This document shows positions 58,861 through 64,000 of a stretch of DNA of 64,000 nucleotides, in pieces. The stretch's first letter is position 1. Every line of letters starts with the position of its first letter. The stretch is from a virus (Duplodnaviria; Caudoviricetes): positions 32,001-96,000 of IMG/VR virus record IMGVR_UViG_2806311071_000002, one strand, 5' to 3'. The position numbers and the translations under genes are program-made. The notes below the pieces were generated by a model. That model was not told the origin of the DNA. It ran no database searches and worked only from the letters and a program-made list of their open reading frames with translations.

Positions 58861-58900
58861 GATAAAATAACACTTTTATAAAATTTAGGAGGAATACTCA

Positions 58901-59365
58901 ATGTTCAAATTTGGAACAATTGGTGCTTACAAACAAGTACGAAATAATCCACGCTGCAAGGCTAGCGTCGATTTAGTCCCTGGTCTAGTCGTAATTCCTA
59001 ACGATTCATCTGCTAATGCATTCCCTCCAGGCGCATCTTCAACTGCAAAAGGTGATGTGTATGTGGTTGGAAACATTATTGATAAACCTGAAATCCGTGA
59101 TAAAGCCGACTTCAAAGTTTTAAAAGGTGAATATGTCCTTGCTTTCAATGTAGCAGATTTAAAAGGACTTCCAATTGAACTCAGCTCTGATGTGGTTGTT
59201 GATTATGATGCGCTTGTTAAAGACGACGTATTGGTTCCTGCTGCCGACAAATCAGGCAAATGGGTTAAAGCTGGAGATGACGTTGCAGAGTTTAAAGTAT
59301 CTCTAAAAGTCTTAGAGAAAAATACATTTGGCGGAAAAGGTTTGTACCTAACAGTACAGGCTTAA
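58901..59365 (+). CDS. yonC: Head decoration-like protein
   Basis: Between scaffold and capsid. Confidence 0.55.
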   Translation: MFKFGTIGAYKQVRNNPRCKASVDLVPGLVVIPNDSSANAFPPGASSTAKGDVYVVGNIIDKPEIRDKADFKVLKGEYVLAFNVADLKGLPIELSSDVVVDYDALVKDDVLVPAADKSGKWVKAGDDVAEFKVSLKVLEKNTFGGKGLYLTVQA

Positions 59366-59389
59366 TTAATATTCTGGAGGTAATTATTA

Positions 59390-60496
59390 ATGTTTACAGT
59401 TGAATTAAACAATGTTCAAAAAGACTCAAACCATTATGCAAATGCTAAATTGAATGCTAAGTCCCCTATTGTAGAAATCTTTTCTGCAGCTGCAACGGGT
59501 CAAGATCTTTCCAAATTTGGAGCAAAAGCCGATGCCGCTATGACCCATGTGAAGGAACTAGCTTCCAAAGCTCTAATGGGCAACCCTGTAGCTAAAGCCG
59601 AGATCAACACAATTGTGCGTTATGCTATTGAGCCTAAACTTATTTCAGCAATTAAGCTATTTGATTTTATGGGCACGTTTAGAAATATTGGCTATGATCA
59701 GCAACCAATGATGACAACATACGCACATGAATCCATCCGAAGCCAATTCCAAGCATCCCGTGGTGACGTACCGTTCGCTACTACAACTTGGAGCGAATAT
59801 CCAATTGGAACTCAAACCATTTCTTCTGGCTATGCTGTTAACTATCGTGAGATTCAAAGTGGAAACCTCGATAAAGTAGCTGAAGGCATGGAGCAAGTTC
59901 AAACAGATATGATGAACAAAGCAATGTACTATGTAGTAAATGAAATGTTCAATGCAATTAAAAATGCAACAGGCGTTAAATACTTTGCTGAAACTGAAAA
60001 CATCACCAAATCATCTGTAGACGATATAATCACAAAGATTCGCCGATTTGGACAACCTTCTATTGTTGGTGACTTTTCTGTTGTTTCTCAGTTAAATGAC
60101 TTTGCAGGATTCCAGGCTGTAGCCGGAGATGCTTCAAGCACTAAGCTCCCTCAATCTGTAATGGATGAAATCCGAAGAACCGGATTGCTTAACACTTATA
60201 AAGGTTCTTCTGTTGTAGAATTGCCTAACTCTTATAATCTTACTGAATTAAACAAAGCCGGCGATAACTTCAAAACATATCTTCCTGAAGGTCTTCTCTT
60301 CTTCATTCCTCAAGGCAAAAAGTCTCCTCTTCAAGTATTCCAAAAAGGCGGACTTACTTCAATGAATGGTAACGACATCATCACTGGAACTGAGATCACT
60401 CGTTTTGATATGGAAATTGGAGCTGGTGTAGCCAAAGGACAAGAGCATCAAATTGGTCTCATCAGAGACACCAAATATGAATTGCCACAAATTTAA
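59390..60496 (+). CDS. yonB: Major capsid protein
   Basis: 368 aa, strong RBS, terminator follows; synteny. Confidence 0.75.
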   Translation: MFTVELNNVQKDSNHYANAKLNAKSPIVEIFSAAATGQDLSKFGAKADAAMTHVKELASKALMGNPVAKAEINTIVRYAIEPKLISAIKLFDFMGTFRNIGYDQQPMMTTYAHESIRSQFQASRGDVPFATTTWSEYPIGTQTISSGYAVNYREIQSGNLDKVAEGMEQVQTDMMNKAMYYVVNEMFNAIKNATGVKYFAETENITKSSVDDIITKIRRFGQPSIVGDFSVVSQLNDFAGFQAVAGDASSTKLPQSVMDEIRRTGLLNTYKGSSVVELPNSYNLTELNKAGDNFKTYLPEGLLFFIPQGKKSPLQVFQKGGLTSMNGNDIITGTEITRFDMEIGAGVAKGQEHQIGLIRDTKYELPQI

Positions 60497-60510
60497 ACAA
60501 TTTAAAATCT

Positions 60511-60537
60511 AGGAGGGCTGTGTCCCTCCTTTTATTT
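60511..60537 (+). terminator. Terminator after the capsid gene
   Basis: AGGAGGG-CTGTGT-CCCTCCT-TTTATTTT. Confidence 0.75.
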
Positions 60538-60550
60538 TTGGAGGGATTAC

Positions 60551-61024
60551 ATGTCTTTTAATTTAGATAAAAAGATCACAATTAAAAATTTATGTCCATG
60601 GGATTTATATTTCCGAAAGATTGACACTCACGGTGACTTCAGATTGCCGGCCAATGGGATTAGACAGATTACAGCTGGAGAAGTGCAATCCCAAGTTTAT
60701 GACAGTACCTCACTGTTCACCGGAACTGACGGTCAAGGCACACATGCCAAAATCTATATCGATGACAAAGAAACCCGTGTACACTTAGGTTTCGAGACCG
60801 AAGATAAAGACGACAAGCAAGAAATTGTTACTGTAGAACGGATTAAACAAATCTTGGGGTATAAAACACAAAAAGCTTTCGAAGAAAATGTTCAAAAGGA
60901 AATCTTACTTGAGTCTGAGAAAGCTCAGCTGTTTGAGGTAGCTAAAAAAGAAAAGATTAATGATTACGCCAAGATTAAGTTCATTGAAGAGTACACTGGA
61001 TTTAAATTTGATACTCAATCATAA
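60551..61024 (+). CDS. yonA: YonA-like virion morphogenesis protein
   Basis: Size and synteny. Confidence 0.5.
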   Translation: MSFNLDKKITIKNLCPWDLYFRKIDTHGDFRLPANGIRQITAGEVQSQVYDSTSLFTGTDGQGTHAKIYIDDKETRVHLGFETEDKDDKQEIVTVERIKQILGYKTQKAFEENVQKEILLESEKAQLFEVAKKEKINDYAKIKFIEEYTGFKFDTQS

Positions 61025-61036
61025 GGGGGTTAAATC

Positions 61037-61423
61037 TTGACTCCTTATGAGAAAGTAATTAACGTTTTCCACTCAATGTTTCAATCAAATGAAGTTCTCC
61101 CCGATGGACTTGAGCAGCAATTTTTCACTAACGCCGTGGGTGAATATGAAACTGAACTAACGGAACTTGGCTTTGATGAAGAGTCCAATACATTTAAAGA
61201 TCCCCTCACATCTCCTCAAATTCAGATTTTAGGAATACTCATGTATAAAGGTTATCTTGGAAGATACCGGGACAGAGCCCTAAAATTAAATAATGTTGTG
61301 GGGCGAGATATTCAATTGACGGGGTTAGCAAATACAAAAGCTCAAGTTAACAGGGCGTACGAAGACCTAATCGATGATATCGAAAAAAAATTGAGCAAAT
61401 TAAAAATGAATAACTTTGATTGA
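61037..61423 (+). CDS. yomZ: Head-tail adaptor-like protein
   Basis: MTPYEKV..F; size and synteny. Confidence 0.5.
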   Translation: MTPYEKVINVFHSMFQSNEVLPDGLEQQFFTNAVGEYETELTELGFDEESNTFKDPLTSPQIQILGILMYKGYLGRYRDRALKLNNVVGRDIQLTGLANTKAQVNRAYEDLIDDIEKKLSKLKMNNFD

Positions 61424-61432
61424 GGTGATTAG

Positions 61433-62098
61433 ATGTCTATAGATTGGTATCTAACCTCTTCTTCAAATTATTTGAGTGGCTGGGAAAACGAAGAGTTTAA
61501 TTCAAACAAGTATGAAGTTTTCAAAGAAATCTTAGCAAATTCACCTGAAACTTACAACATTGAATTGAATGGTAAGCCTGAACAGGTGATAATTCAAACC
61601 ACTCAGGACAGCGAAACAAAAAAAGTCCTTACAGTTTTAGGCTTATTAAATCGTGGAGATTTGATTTTGTATGACGGTAGTTACTGGCTAGTTAATTCAC
61701 GTCCTACCGATAACAAAATGAATGACAGTGCTACTATGCGGCTTTGTAATTCATCAATTAGTCTAACATCTTCTGATGAACTAATTGATTCTGGGAAGAT
61801 TGATGAAGTTACAGGGAGACCGATAAAGATTAAAGTACCTGGTGAGAAGGTTGACATCCCGTGTGTTTTAGAACGAACAACCTCAACAATTGGATCAGAA
61901 TTGGCCATAAATATTCCTGAGGGACAGGCACACGTTACCATCCCCTTTTTAAAACATGAAAAATTAAAGAAGGGTCTTTTTCTTTCTTTTTATGGCGAGG
62001 AATTCCGTGTTGATGATATAGACTATTCCAAGGTTTATGGAGACACTGGAACAATTAGACTTATAGCCAAAAAGAAAGTTGGAGGTGATAGCGAATGA
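61433..62098 (+). CDS. yomX: Head closure/connector-like protein
   Basis: Size and synteny. Confidence 0.5.
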   Translation: MSIDWYLTSSSNYLSGWENEEFNSNKYEVFKEILANSPETYNIELNGKPEQVIIQTTQDSETKKVLTVLGLLNRGDLILYDGSYWLVNSRPTDNKMNDSATMRLCNSSISLTSSDELIDSGKIDEVTGRPIKIKVPGEKVDIPCVLERTTSTIGSELAINIPEGQAHVTIPFLKHEKLKKGLFLSFYGEEFRVDDIDYSKVYGDTGTIRLIAKKKVGGDSE

Positions 62099-62601
62099 GT
62101 ATGATGGTCGAACATATGACAACTATATTCAGAACTATTATGAATGATTCAGAATTGAATCGTCTTTTATATTATAAGGATGACCCTCTCTCCTCTTCTC
62201 TCCCTGACGTTCAGACGTTGGAAAATTATTATGATCCAGTTGATGATTCCCCATCAATATTAAGCTCAATAATTAAACGTGCTCCCAAAACTGATGATTT
62301 AACCGATCAACCAATATGCAGACTTTGTGTTTATCTTGGCAATGGAATCCCTAAACCCTCGACCCAAAGTGTGATGCTGCTAGATCAAGACTTGATGATT
62401 GATGTTTATACACACATTAACACTTATGAGGAGACCGAATTCAGGAACCTGAAAATTACTGATCGTATTTGTGACATGCTCTTCAATCAAAATTTTGCGG
62501 GTATCGGTAAAAATGTTAAATACACAAGACTACTCATATCAAATGCACCTGAAGGGTACTTGGGATACAAATTGATATTCACTTTTGGAGCAAGTAAATG
62601 A
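62095..62601 (+). CDS. yomW: Tail terminator-like protein
   Basis: RLLYYKDDPL, IDVYTH; 168 aa. Confidence 0.55.
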   Translation: MSMMVEHMTTIFRTIMNDSELNRLLYYKDDPLSSSLPDVQTLENYYDPVDDSPSILSSIIKRAPKTDDLTDQPICRLCVYLGNGIPKPSTQSVMLLDQDLMIDVYTHINTYEETEFRNLKITDRICDMLFNQNFAGIGKNVKYTRLLISNAPEGYLGYKLIFTFGASK

Positions 62602-63308
62602 ATGTGTTAAAGGATTTTTTCTTTTTAGGAAGACCTATTAACACTGATGTCGGTGCTATCAGCTTTATTCGCTTAAGAGATTATCCAGAGTACATAAGTG
62701 AACTAAATATGATGAAAATGAGCAAGAAGGAAATCATTAGAAACTTTTTAAAAATCAACAATGACGGTTCATTAAATGATTTAATTATCGAATTGAAGAA
62801 GAACAGCCTCTTCAAAATTGTTCATGATTACTTACCTGAATTTAACCAAGCTTATTTTAAAGTGTTTAGCAAAGTATTTGTGGACAAAGAGTCACTAAAG
62901 CTTATTGATCAGAAAGCATTTAATAATGTTAGAAAATTGATATTAGAGATGCATTGTTTGACTGAAGAGAAAATTGTTGAAAATGATGAATTGCAAGAGT
63001 TTAATGATTTAAATAATCAATTAAAGCTCCAAAATTCTCAAAATGATTTAAAGGACATCGTCAGCTGTGTGACTGCTTTTAATGGATATACATATCAAGA
63101 GGTAGCCGATATGACAATTTATCAATTGTACCTGTCATATTACAGAATGGGCGAAATAATGAATTATAACACTTCTGCGTTATTCGCTACTGTAGCAACT
63201 GATGTGAAAATCGGTGACTGGAATAGTCATGTAGATATGTATAAAGAAGAAAAGCACCACCTCAGTACAGCAGATGCCAAAAATTTAGAGCAATTATTCG
63301 GAGACTGA
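62598..63308 (+). CDS. yomV: YomV-like protein
   Basis: 236 aa; DMTIYQL motif. Confidence 0.55.
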   Translation: MNVLKDFFFLGRPINTDVGAISFIRLRDYPEYISELNMMKMSKKEIIRNFLKINNDGSLNDLIIELKKNSLFKIVHDYLPEFNQAYFKVFSKVFVDKESLKLIDQKAFNNVRKLILEMHCLTEEKIVENDELQEFNDLNNQLKLQNSQNDLKDIVSCVTAFNGYTYQEVADMTIYQLYLSYYRMGEIMNYNTSALFATVATDVKIGDWNSHVDMYKEEKHHLSTADAKNLEQLFGD

Positions 63309-63348
63309 TTTTCAGTCTCTTTTTCATTTTATATTAGGAGGAAAACAC

Positions 63349-64000
63349 TTGGCAAAACAAACAGTTATCCATGAAGTTGGTAAGGTGCTAACCAAAAGAC
63401 TTAGTGACCATAAGGTTGTTGCATCTTCTGTAACACAAATGACTCAGTTCGCCCAACAAGTCCAACAAGACTTTTTAAAAGGTGGATGGGGAAATAGAGA
63501 CCTCTATGTCATCAACTCAAGCAAAGAGGTTTCAGGTAATGTAAAAAATGCTTTCTTTGATCTTGATTTTATGGCAATGCAGCAAGGTGTAAAAATTGAA
63601 AACGAGACGATTTCTGTATGGGAAGATGAAAGTCTTACTGTAGATGATTCTGGCACGGTCAAAATCGCGTATACTCCTTTATCCAGAGTCTCACTTACAA
63701 ATGAAGACGGAGATCAACAAGAATTTAGTGTTTCAGACAAAACAATTACTGTTCCTGAAACGTTTGCTACTAAAGGGAACGCTGTAACAGCTCATTATCA
63801 AATTGAAGTTGATGCAGAAACAGTTGAAATTAGTGGTGAAAAATTCTCTGAGAACTATTACTTCGAAATTCACACACTTGAGTACGATCCAAAGACATCA
63901 AAAATTTACAGTGACCTATATATCCAGTTGCCTAAAGTTAATTTCTCTGGTGAAGCAGACATGTCTTTGGAAGCAGGACAAGCCTACACACCTGAAATTG
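63349..64000 (+). CDS. yomU: Major tail tube protein (runs off the window)
   Basis: Manual translation from TTG 63349 after AGGAGG: MAKQTVIHEVGKV...LKGGWGN... Confidence 0.65.
   Translation, partial: MAKQTVIHEVGKVLTKRLSDHKVVASSVTQMTQFAQQVQQDFLKGGWGNRDLYVINSSKEVSGNVKNAFFDLDFMAMQQGVKIENETISVWEDESLTVDDSGTVKIAYTPLSRVSLTNEDGDQQEFSVSDKTITVPETFATKGNAVTAHYQIEVDAETVEISGEKFSENYYFEIHTLEYDPKTSKIYSDLYIQLPKVNFSGEADMSLEAGQAYTPEI

Larger units (their letters stand above)
1..64000. mobile_element. SPbeta/phi3T-like temperate Bacillus phage or prophage (internal segment)
   Basis: Continuous yor-yoq-yop-yon-yom synteny with aimR/aimP, YonO RNAP, terminase, portal and capsid; no chromosomal housekeeping genes. 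Confidence 0.97.

Overview
64 kb from the middle of an SPbeta/phi3T-like temperate phage (or prophage) of the Bacillus subtilis group. No host genes, att site or true integrase are in the window. Minus strand, 1-45.3 kb: replication block (DnaB-like YorI, YorH, Sak4-like ATPase YorG, SSB-like YorF), yorA/pghZ, a Gad1-like anti-Gabija gene with a possible nucleotide-sponge neighbour, yoqW/ligB, and many small yoq/yop accessory genes including a foreign insert that created chimeric ORFs. Then the yopM-yopR (sroA-F) repression operon, the arbitrium locus (aimR, aimP with peptide GMPRGA), an AT-rich SIR2-like/unknown/HNH cassette, a proteasome-beta-like Ntn hydrolase, a GIY-YIG gene, a UvrD/antirepressor cluster, yonV, the yonT-yoyJ/SR6 type I TA locus and a frameshifted TubZ with a TubR-like partner. 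Plus strand, 45.7-64 kb: YonO RNA polymerase, HU, a ~1.5-2 kb island of structured non-coding RNA (a tRNA-like element with an 85-nt insert and tandem pseudoknot repeats), then terminase, portal, head and the first tail genes. The least explained signals are (i) a TAAAA-N6-TTTTA palindrome that recurs at the borders of accessory gene cassettes, (ii) the ncRNA island and (iii) the SIR2-like/HNH cassette. Gene symbols come from remembered similarity and synteny to SPbeta/phi3T, not from a database search.
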